Assembly (NCBI GenBank): GCA_002269645.1
Contig: NIVC01004918.1
Span: 1-31,434, forward strand
Length of the DNA: 31,434 nucleotides
Source of the DNA: Macrostomum lignano
Taxonomy: Eukaryota
Reading direction: 5' to 3'
Part shown: piece by piece, positions 20,901 through 31,434 of the stretch
Position numbering within the stretch: position 1 is the stretch's first letter
Layout of the letters: each line of letters begins with the position of its first letter
Notes under the pieces: generated by a model
The model's database searches: none
Seen by the model: the letters and a program-made list of their open reading frames with translations, nothing else
What the model was told of the DNA's origin: nothing
Made by a program: the position numbers and the translations under genes

Positions 20901-22939
20901 CTCTAAGGGCGCATGCTTTGGATCAACCTGAAAAATATTAGGTGACTCCATAGGGTGGCTTTTTGCAGTTATAATTAGAATTGTACTTAACGAATTAACA
21001 TTAATCACTGTCTACACTTATTGTCAGAGCTTCTCTTGCTTTTTTCTCAGTGATAATGCGAGCAGATTTGAATGTACTCACTTTGCTTCCACTTTTACCT
21101 CAGCTGCCATACATATTTTTTTCAACTGGCTGATTAACTGGATTGGCAAGTGTGCTTTTTCAAGGTATCAATGGTTCTATTTAGGCATATGGCAGCTAGG
21201 CCCAGGCATTTTGGTGCAGTTTTGTTGCAATGGTAACAGTATTGCCATTTTGCTGGCTCTTGACATGTATCAGTCAGTCAAGATTATGCCCAATAAATTG
21301 CACTAGCAAGTCTGCCTTATTGAAAGGATCTGTATAAAGACTGAATTGCTTTGAAGAATGCAATTTTGTTGAAAAATCAAAGGCAGTGCTTATTTAGCTC
21401 AAATAAGATCCAAAGTAAGGCTTAAATTTTAAATCTGCAAATAGACTAAATTTGCAAAATGAATGCAAGTTTTCAAATTTATTCTTTTTTAGTCTTTACC
21501 AAAAGAGAGGCAATTGCCTATCTTACTTTTCTTTTAAGGCCTAAAAATATTTTATACTTGATAAATATTATATTATAGCCAGCTAGGCTTCTCTATATTT
21601 AAACTTTTTAATTAATTATCTATTTTATTATAGTTTAGGCTAAATAACATACTTGTCATTTTATCTTATATATTAGAATAGTGCAAGTTTTGAAGAAAAT
21701 TAGTTAAGTAGTTTTTTTATGAAATTGATCATATAAAAAGTCATAAGCAAACCATTTTTAGTATATGGATATTAAAATATAAAATAGTTAAAATACTTAA
21801 TTAAAAAAACTTTATAAGCTTTGGTTTAAATAAAACAATTTGCTAGGCTATTAGAAAAATGAAAAACAATTAGACCTAGAATTATGACATTAAAATATGA
21901 CAAACATTGAAAAATGTTGTATAAGATGTTTGTGGCAAAATAATAGGAAACATATAATGCCATATTTGTACATATTAAACAGAATCATCTAGGCCAATGT
22001 GTACCAACAATAAGTATACATAATTTAAAATTATAGTTGGTTTCAAGATGGCCATGCATTAAATACTTAGGCCTCGAGGCCTACTTCTAATCTTAAGCAG
22101 TAATTATCATAACTGAAGTCTGGAGCTTTCAAATTATCATTTCGACTAGGTTTTTAGCTATAGACTAGCTACAAATAGACAATTATTACTGTATCTGGAA
22201 TCTGGTCATTTGGATACAGGATACTATGTATTTTGTTGCTTTTAAGTTTCAGTAGACAATAGCCTAAAGCGTAGGTACTATACTCTATAGTAAGCCAAAT
22301 TCAGGTTAATCAAATGAGTGATAATTTAATTTATTACCTCACTGTGATATACCAATACCAATTATAGAGATAGGTTCTGAATCACGTTACGCAGTAACTT
22401 AGTGTCACAGCATGCATTCGCGATTCACATCTCATCTCGAAAAGACACGCGAGCAAAATGTGAAACCAATTTAAGCTGGCGTCAGTCGACTTGAATACAA
22501 ATTAACAAAATTAGGTTTAAGCTTAAAGTGAACTACAAAGAAAAAAATCCTAAGTTTTTACAACTATGGTGAAAAGGTTCATGACTTAAGCGTCTAAAAC
22601 ATCTATGCTGTATCTGTTGGAATACTTCTAGGCCCACTAGTGTGCAGCAGGATCGACATCTATCGGTTTGTTTACGTTCTAAAATATCGCTACGCAGGTT
22701 AGGTCCCGTCACAAATCCCTACTCAGTCCTTCCTTCCCTATTCCAAATCCAAACATGATTGGCTACCCAAACCAAACGGAGTAATAAATTAACGTTAAAT
22801 ACGTGGCGCTCACCTTCTACTGGTGCTGCTGCTGGAGCACCCACTACTGTTACGTAGTATACTACATTTATACATTCTTAGATTTACATTATACAGAAAT
22901 ACTAAATTATACATTAAAAGCATTATTACAATAATGCTA

Positions 22940-25900
22940 CAATATATAGTATACTACAATACTACAGTCCTTGGCTCCGTGACTCCTCAGACAGCCAAAT
23001 CTCATCAAGATAATAAATACATAGACCGCGCGTTGGGTGAGGGAAGGCCGGGTTAGAGAAAGGGGTGGCAGCCAGGTCAAAGCCAATACGGTTGCGTGGG
23101 TGAGACGACAGAAATGAACGAGATAATACAACAAAAACAGAAACAAAATACGCGACCCCGCATGCAAAGTCGCGGTAACGTGAGAGGGCGCGTCAGATGG
23201 CGCGCCGCAGAGCCTGGGAGCGAACGAAGTCCGCGCGCTCCGTTGGCAGTGTCGGGCGCCCTAGCGTCGCACAGCAGGCAGTCCACGTATCGACGGGTTC
23301 GGGCCTGACCCCGCCTGAACGGGCCCTGCAAGGTGAGCAGCAGGACGTCCTGAACAGGCTGGGGGCAGTAGCCCTCGGCCCGGATCACGTTGCCCGCCAG
23401 TTGTAGTCGCCGCCGGCGCAGGATGGTGGACGGGCGCTGAAGCTTGGCCCGATCGTACAGGGCCTCGGTCCCGAGGCTCTCGTCAGATCGAAAGGCCGCA
23501 CGGAGCAGCCCTGAGTGCGCCGAGTCCAGCTGCCGTTCTAGCGTAGCCGTCAGCGTCCGAGTCTCGGCGTTGTACAGCAGGACGTTTTCCACCACCGCCT
23601 GCCAAAGTCGAGCCCTCTCGCGGTCGGGCAGCGTTTCGGACTGGACGACGGCCCGGATCGAACACAAGGCCGCCCAGGCAAGTCCTCTGCGCCGCCGGAG
23701 GTCCTCCTCCATGTGGGGCACCAGACCGCCGAGGTAGGTGAACCGCTGGCAGCGTGCGAGCCTGGTCGTCTGCCCGTCTCCGCTGGGATGTCGGCCGGCA
23801 CAGTCAGCACCTCGGTCTTCAGCGTGTTGACAACCAGACCGACGCTCGATGCCAACTCGACCAGCCAGTCGATTTGGCGCTGGGCATCTTCAAGGGACGA
23901 GGACAAGGGCGAGGTCGTCGGCGTAGCCAAGCACGCCCAGGGGATTTTCGCTGTAGCGGTGACCGATGCATCTGCGCAGCAGGAAGCCGTCGTCAGCCGA
24001 AGGGAGTGTGGTACTAAGCACCCAGTCCAGCAGCAGCACGAAGAGGAACGGCGCCAGCGTGTCGCCCTGAAGAACTCCTGATGAAGTGTCGAACAGGTCA
24101 GTGTCGCAATACAGCGCCATGACAGCGTCAACTAGTTGCTTGGGTACCCAGTAAGCTCGAAGGACAAAGGGAAGCGCGGCTCTCAACACCGAGTCAAACG
24201 CCTTTCGAAAGTCAACGAAGACAATGATCAACGTAGACTGGCGGATGCGCGCCTCCTCGATGACACGGCAGAGTGCAAGGATCTGTGTCACTGTATCGCG
24301 TTGCGGCCGGAATCCGTTCTGCTAGTACCGCAGGTACGGGTCCAGCACCGACTGCAGACGATCGAGCAGCAGTCGGTTGAAGAGCTTCGCGGTGCAGGAT
24401 ATCAGCGAAATCCCGCGGTGGTCTTCTTTCCACGTTGTCCCTGCCTTCTTCGGGATCGGCACGTTGTGCGCGACGGTCTACTCGGTGAGCGCGGGGGCGC
24501 TGGCGAGAACGCAGTTCATGACGCATGTGACCTGGGAGGCCACACAGCAGAGCCGAAGCGCCTCGACCGGGACTTCGTCGGGACCGAGCGCCTTGCCGCC
24601 TGATGTTTTCCGAGCGAACAGCACAACGTTCTTCGTGGTGACTGGTCTGGTGCAGAAGTTCTCCTCAGGCTAAGAGCGGCGTGTTCAGTGGGAGCACAAA
24701 GCTGGCGGGCAGCGGCGACGCAGGTTCCCTCACGATGCCGGCAAAGAAGTCGCGCAATTTATTTCTGCGCCCCTCCGGGGTGTCACCGGCTTTTTGCGCC
24801 CCATCAGAGTCCGGACGGGCGTCCACACTGCGCTCTTCATGCCTGTGCCGGCTGCAGTGATGGACATAACGGCGTCGTCGACAGCGGCCTGCTGCCGCTC
24901 GTCTAGAAGCCGCTCAAACGCGTCTTCAGCGTCGCCCGTGGGCCGCCGGTTCCTGCGGAGTCGCTCGATGTTGAGTCGCGCTTGCCTGATGGTCGGGTCG
25001 CTCTGCCAGACAGGCAGCGATTTTTTGCGCTGGCCGCAAAAGCAGCGGGACCGTCTGCTCCGCAGCGGCTCTAACGGCGGTGCTGATGTCGGAATACTCC
25101 GCCTCGCGCTGGTCTCCAAGCGCGCCGACGAAGGCGCCCGCGAATTGACGCTTCACGTGGGTGTCCAATAGAGCGCGATAGTAGCGCCGTGGCCGCTGCT
25201 TTGGCGGTCGGTAGAGCTGGTCGCGGAGCCGCAAGTCGCAGATCAGGAGTCGATGGTCTGACCGGAGAGCCATCGGAGCCATGGTATCGCAGTCGGTAAC
25301 GCGGCGGCGTTCGCGAGTGCGAACCAGCGCATGATCGAGTTGCGCTAGTCTCCTCGTGGCGTTCCGGGCGCGTGCGTTCCGCCGCCTTCTCTTGCAGCCC
25401 GCAAAGGTGACCAGGCGGGCAGGGGGCTTGCAGAACTGGTGTTTGCGGACAACAGGTACAGCCGGTCAAGCAGGTCCTCCAGTGCGTCGGTGTTGGCGTT
25501 CTCGCGTCCCGGACAAAGGGCGAGCGCTCGGACCACCTCCGTGGGACTGGGTTTAGGTCTCCGAGCACTGCCAGCGTGTCGCGGTTTGGCACCTCTTCCA
25601 GCTGCCGAGTCAGGAAGTCGAAGAAGGCACGAGCCTCCTCGGGGTGAGCAGCAGTGGGTGCATAGGCGCAGAACAGCCGGATGCAGTGGGCGCGCAGTCG
25701 CAGGTCGACCCGAATCAGTCGCGGGGGCAGCGAGATGCAGTGCACGCTCTGCTGGAGGCGCGGTCCGATCATCACGCCGACCCCGCCCCGGCCGCGGTTG
25801 TCTGTCGACGTGTACAGGAGGCTCCAGCCGGCTCCGAGGTCCTCAGAGTGGAGCCCCGGCTCAGCCACGATAGAAACCTGCAGCGTGACGAGGTCCAGCT

Positions 25901-26245
25901 GTAGGTCGTGGGCCAGCTGGACAAGGATGGTGCAACGCCAGGGGGCCTTCAGAGTTCGGCAGTTCATCGTGCCGAGTCTGAGGCGGCCACCTGGTACAGC
26001 TGGGGCCAGATGGAGGTTGGCCTTGTGGTCCCGCGGATCCATAGTTGAAGTTGCAGGGACTGGGGGCGACAGGCGCCCGACCGCGCCACGGAGTCGCCCT
26101 CGCCAGTTGCGCTCGCGCCGCCGCTCAGTGCGGCGCTGCGCGCTGCGCTGACCTCTGCGAATCCCTGCTGTGCTGAACTTTGCTGCCGCAGCCGAAGCGC
26201 GGCTGTCAAAGCCGAGATAATAAATGCGACGGGAGTGAGGGGGGC
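22940..26245 (-). mobile_element. Near-full-length, frameshifted RTE-clade non-LTR retrotransposon (APE endonuclease + RT)
   Basis: APE motifs LRLGTMNCRTL, LDLVTLQ, GGVGVMI, CAYAPT, VLGDLN, QLDHALV and RSDHRLL (~25980-25250). RT motifs HRGISL, NGFRP, FVDFRKAFDSV, GVLQGDTLAPFLF and YADDLAL (~24450-23900). RTE-type C-terminal region with LLYNAET. Short TTGTAGTA-like repeats at the 3' end. Boundaries approximate; no TSD seen. Confidence 0.93.
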
Positions 26246-27210
26246 TGCCTAGAGGCGTACAAGTATATAAAAAATATCAGGCTAAAGGGGTTTTGTCTAT
26301 AGAATGGCTAATGCTGCAAAGTGCACCGCGACACAACTGAGTTACAGTTATTTAGTTAGCTCGGCGAGTTTTACAATTTAGCATACATCAAGTACATGCA
26401 TCAATACCAGCGTACGTGGTAGGTCAAGTGAAAATAGACAGAGCTATTTGTATAGACAAAGTATAAGCTTCTTCTGAAGAGTTTATGCGCTAAATAAATA
26501 GGATCCAAGCATATTTGTTGTAGTTTATATTTTAATTTTTGCTTTGCCTTTCGGAGACAATTTACATCACAATATGTTATTCATATGAGCATTATTATGT
26601 ATTCATGGCATTTATCTTGTGCATCAATAGTTTAATTACTGTAAGAGTAATTTTCTGAAATCCTACAAAAAATATTTCAGGGAAACAAAAATTATATAAG
26701 AAGCGTCGAGCATTTTAATAAACAGCTTCTTGAAGTGGGATTAGGAAAAAATTAATTGGAGAGTCAGTTACAATATAGTAAGAAAATTCAACATTTTCAC
26801 TTCTGATTTCTAACATGAAGCAATAAATAACACAGAACTTTAACAGTGTAGAAATTACAGCTCAAATTTTCTAGTACATTACGACAAAAATTTTCTCCAC
26901 ACTAAGGAAACCAATTTTTCGATATTGCTGTCACTCTGCTTAGTTGCTAAACAAACAGAGTTTGTTTAGGCGTGTCATGAGTACAAAAATGAAGTACTAA
27001 ACGTAACCTACATTATTAAATTTGCAGCTGATATAGCAAGACTATAGCTCGATGGGCATAATTAGCGGATTGATGAACCAGAAACTGGAGATGATCTTCT
27101 TTGACTCGCCCTGGTGGAAGCTTTCAATGTTGGTTGTGGCTGCTCCTGGGGCGGCTTTTTCTGCTGTTGCTTTTGCTCCTCCTGCGGCTGCTTCTGCTGC
27201 CCTCGACTAG

Positions 27211-27831
27211 CTACACGACAGACTGTCTTCGTGGCTCTTTTAATGGGCCTACGGAATTCGTACTCGGTTTAGGAGGCGACGACAATGGCGGTGGAGTTGT
27301 TCGCGGTGTTTGAGTCGTCGAATTGAGAGGCTGCTGCTGATCCGTGTATACATTGAAAAATGGTCCATCGTCCACCAGCTGCAGGCTGTCCCTGTTGGCC
27401 ATGACGCACATGCTCTGGTTTGAGGCGTCGGATTCGCCTAGATACAAAACGAATTAAATCAGTTATAGAATTTCAGCAGCTATCAATTTTACAATTGTAA
27501 ATCAATTATATAAGAGCTAAAAGCGTATCAACGTTCACTGGCAAGTTACTCAGCTGGCAAAGTTTGTAGAATCTATCTCAAACAAAACAGAGAAGCGCCA
27601 TCAAAACTCACAGGAAGCATCCTTTCCAGCTTCCGAGCTTTGACTCGAATCGTTGGAATCCGTTAACACACTACTTTGCTCGAGAGTGTCGCGCTCACGG
27701 CGACGCTTCGCTATCCTATCGCCATGCAGATTCAGAACAGCCGGCAAAACTAGCAGGCCAAGTATAACACCAAATGCTATAGCCGCCACGCACACCACTA
27801 AAGCTGCTGCAAGCACATGGAAGTTGGTCAT
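27211..27831 (-). CDS. Two-exon (27831-27612, 27437-27211) small single-pass membrane protein, ~148 aa, C-terminus uncertain
   Basis: AAAAA-ATG; hydrophobic VLAAALVVCVAAIAFGVILGLLVLPAVL followed by basic KRRRER. Donor CCT|GTGAGT and acceptor TTTTGTATCTAG| are both phase 1. Ser/Thr/Pro-rich tail. Confidence 0.75.
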
Positions 27832-28408
27832 TTTTTAGACTTATAAGAGATATCTAGCTTCTATAGAAAATAGTAGGCAATGAATGCATTTTTCTGAAAT
27901 AAGAATTCGTTTAATTAATAACTGATAGTTAAATAGTCTTTTTAATTTCACTTCTCAATAGATTCATAGCCGCCAAAGTGAATGCTTCAACATAAACTAT
28001 TTGTGGGCTGCTGTTTTGCACTTTAAAACTCTTGCAAGTTTTATTTAGTAACGGCTTTTGGTCCACAGTGAAAAGTTGAGAATCGATGGCAGCAGTAGAT
28101 TCGGTCTTGCCCATAGACATAGACGGAAAAAGGCAAGCAAGTATAGTTGATAATTCTAACCTTTACTGCATGGAAGTCGATGTTTAATTAGATGCTAATT
28201 ATAAAACTCCTTGGCTTAAGCCCAGCCGAAATGGGAATCGTCTATGGTAATGAGTAAAACACTCAACTCATATGGTACAAATATAACTACACATTTTCTC
28301 GTACAACAGTTTTTTAGTCAAGACATTCTATTTAGACAGTCTATGGTTTGGAGCACAGTTACAAGCATTCAAATTAGACAAACTCAAATTCTTTTTAGCC
28401 ATGTAATA

Positions 28409-28922
28409 TACCTTTTTGCGATTTAGTTTGCCAAAACTGCAATCAATTTTGCCCGGAAAAATATCACATAATTTTGCTGTCTAGGCCAAGTCTGCTCAGT
28501 CATGACCAGAGTTTCAGCCACAGTACATTGTTAAGGGACCTCCGCTTGGCACCTCCGCGAGGCAGAGGCTCTATACGACCGGTTGCGTTGAATTGTCCAA
28601 CTATGTAAGTCACGGTTCTTCGTGAGATGCCCAACAGCCTACCAAAATCTTGCCAGTCCTCTCCATCCTGATATGCTTGAATCAATCGCTGCCGGTCCTT
28701 CGCTGAAATCCTGTTATAAGGTCCACGCTGGGCCATTCTTTGATCTTGCTATGTATGTCTGTGGTGTTTTCTTTGCTATGGGCAAACTAGGTCGCAGTTT
28801 TGGCAAAATTGATTGCAGTTTTCAAAGAGTTAAATTTGGCACAGTCTGTGCCAAATTATAAGTGATATTTTTCCGCGGGCAAAATTGATTGCAGTTTTGG
28901 CAAACTAGATCGCAAAAAGGTA
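28409..28922 (-). mobile_element. Non-autonomous Tc1/mariner (IS630-Tc1-mariner) deletion derivative, ~514 bp
   Basis: ~60-bp TIRs (TACCTTTTTGCGAT[T/C]TAGTTTGCCAAAACTGCAATCAATTTTGCCC...ATATCAC) at 28409-28467 and 28862-28922, differing by one substitution and a 2-bp indel. TA on both flanks. Confidence 0.9.
28500..28736 (-). pseudogene. Truncated transposase N-terminal helix-turn-helix DNA-binding domain
   Basis: MAQRGPYNRISAKDRQRLIQAYQDGEDWQDFGRLLGISRRTVTYIV...PRGG, a Tc1/IS630-type HTH followed by the GRPR-like linker. No DDE domain. Confidence 0.8.
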
Positions 28923-29806
28923 TATAATTTAAATGAATCTAATGTAATGTAAGAATGTAAGAACGTAATTTTTGCCTCTGGGTTAACATTTCACACAACT
29001 GGTCATTTCACACCAGTGGTCACCTCACAAAAACCTACATTTTTTTACTTTCCAGCTAGCAGTAACTTTTTGGAAGAAGCAAAAACACTACAGTTTGAAA
29101 TATTAAAATTTGCAATAGAAAAAGGCTAATCATGGAAGAAAGTAAAAAACACAAAATGATCATCTGTTTATTTAATATTATTACAAAACGCTAACAGGCA
29201 TACACACTTACATGTAGCGTAACTTCGTGGTAATAAGAATGATCAATTTGATAACAACATCTGAAGTGCAAGGCAAGTTTGAAGGCTCTTATAATTTAGA
29301 TACGAAAATTAATTAACAGGTGATAATAGCACACGCCGACCTTTCCACGACTCTCAGTGTGCACATGCATTTGTTTTTACACATGTTTTACATTTTTTCG
29401 AGCTATGCGAGAGCTTTTACGATCAAAATTATATTTCGCCTACTATTCTCAGTAGTCTATACAGCACTGTGAAGAATTTCTAGCCTAGAAAAATCAGACT
29501 GCCAAAGAACACGCGTAAGCCATGGAATCACGCGGCCACTTAGTGGGCATTGTATGTACATTCCTAGATGTACATTTGAACAGACGCTTGCATCAACTTC
29601 TCCCACCTCCGCTGACCCATGAAAGCGACAATAACGAAAGAAATCAAATTAAGCAACAAGGCACACCTGTTTATAAACCGTTTTTTAGCATCAACGATTA
29701 AAACTGTCACGATTAGCCAGCAGCCGCCTGATCATCTCTCTGCGGCCCCAGCGCCAGCGAGGTGACGCTGCGGGTCATAATCCGGCCAAAAGTCCGGCTT
29801 CAACAG

Positions 29807-30077
29807 GTGCTGTGTCCGCCATTCAACCCGTCCAATATTCGGCGATTAATAATATCGTCGAAATGGCCGTCTGTCATGCGCAGCAGGAATTGCCAGTAGG
29901 CTGGCCGGAGGCTGTGCGGCTCGAATACGGGCGATGGAACACGATGCCGGTTGACAGGGCGTACAGCAGGATGTCGCTGTGCGGGCAGGCGCGGCAGCCA
30001 GCCGGCTCCCACAGCCGCACTGAGCAGGCCAGCTCGGCAGCTTTGCTGGCGCAGTACATGGCCACGCTGCTGCTGCG
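29807..30077 (+). CDS. Possible coding exon of an unidentified gene
   Basis: GC-rich open frame 29689-30078; candidate acceptor TTCAACAG|29807; strong donor CG|GTAAGC at 30078. A GACA array follows, as in other introns here. Confidence 0.3.
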
Positions 30078-30440
30078 GTAAGCCAGCATGCTGCTACCGG
30101 CTCGCCAGGGCCGCTCGCCGCCCACTGCCAAGGCCGCTGGTTGCCATGGAACACCGGATCAGCAGGCAGCCGACAGCCTTGTAGATTGCCGACAGGCCGC
30201 AAGGAAGCGCCGAACCGCAGGCTGTCCGGGTGGAGCGGGCGCCGCGGATGGCGCCGACGAAGGCTGCGGCGCCGGCGGGCGGATTGAAGCGCCGAGGCGA
30301 TGCGCCGTGACGAGGCGCAGCGCCGTTTGGAGACCGAAGCCGAAGGCGAACATCCGGCCGAATTTCGGGGGGGGGGGTAATGTGGCTGAGGATATAAGGT
30401 CTTGTAATATCTCCCTCATTATAAGACCAAAAAGTAAGAG

Positions 30441-30442
30441 AA

Positions 30443-30494
<52 letters not shown>

Positions 30495-30556
30495 CAGACA
30501 GACACAAGCAGACAGACAGACAGACAGACAGACAGACGGACAGACAGACAGACAGA

Positions 30557-30639
<83 letters not shown>

Positions 30640-30977
30640 GGACAGACAGACAGACAGACAGACAGAGAGACAGGACAGACAGACAGACAGACAGACAGAC
30701 AACGACAGACAGACAGACAGACAGACAGCAGACAGACAGACAGACAGGACAGACAGACAGACAGACAGACAGACAGCAAGACAGACAGACAGACAGACAG
30801 GACAGACAGACAGGCACTTAAGACAATAAGACACTAAGACACTAAGACAATAAGACACTAAGCAGACTAAGACAATAGACATAAGACAAACACTAAGACA
30901 CTAAGACAGACAGACAGACAGACACTAAAGACAATAAGACACTAAGACACTAAGACCACTAAGACAGACAGACAGAC

Positions 30978-31024
<47 letters not shown>

Positions 31025-31237
31025 TAGACAATAAGACACTAAGACACTAAGACAGACAGACACTAAGACAATAAGACACTAAGACAATAAGACACTAAGA
31101 CAATAAGACACTAAGACACTAAGACACTAAGACAATAAGACACTAAGACACTAAGACATAAGACACTAGACACTAGACACTAAGACAGACAGACAGAAGA
31201 CACTAAGACAATAAGACACTAAGACACTAAGACACTA

Positions 31238-31290
<53 letters not shown>

Positions 31291-31434
31291 CTAAGACAAT
31301 AAGACACTAAGACACTAAGACAGACAGACACTAAGAAATAAGACACTAAGACAATAAGACACTAACAATATAGACACTAAGACACTAAGACACTGAAGAC
31401 AGACAGACAGACTAAGACTAAGAGAGACAGACAG
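30441..31434. repeat. Compound array: (GACA)n grading into 8-bp (GACACTAA/GACAATAA)n, running off the window end
   Basis: GACA dominates 30441-30815; the 8-mers dominate from ~30815, with interspersed GACA blocks. Confidence 0.97.

Noticed and set aside
23096-26151. Numerous GC-rich + strand ORFs over the LINE
   Set aside because: Antisense shadows of the GC-rich RTE coding sequence.

Overview
Eukaryotic (invertebrate-like) genomic DNA rich in simple repeats and transposon remnants. GC-rich exons among large SSR arrays are reminiscent of flatworms such as Macrostomum, but the taxon is an inference. There are no prokaryotic operons, CRISPR arrays or rRNA. Main contents: (i) six tandem arrays (16-, 43-, 24-, ~21-, 7- and 4/8-bp units); (ii) a phase-consistent five-exon + strand gene of unknown family (6460-13139, about 790 aa, 5' end not found) whose three longest introns are each filled by a different satellite; (iii) a tRNA-headed CORE-type SINE; (iv) two or three weaker hypothetical genes; (v) a transposon block at 18.7-26.2 kb (internally deleted Ty3/Gypsy, fossil MULE transposase, near-full-length decayed RTE-clade LINE); (vi) a small single-pass membrane protein gene with an ambiguous C-terminus; (vii) a ~514-bp Tc1/mariner-group deletion derivative with intact TIRs and TA target duplication. 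I found no clear-cut new biological system. The best leads are the orphan gene with GT-free satellite introns and the three-frame C-terminus at 27 kb. Many long ORFs in the supplied track are artefacts of repeats.
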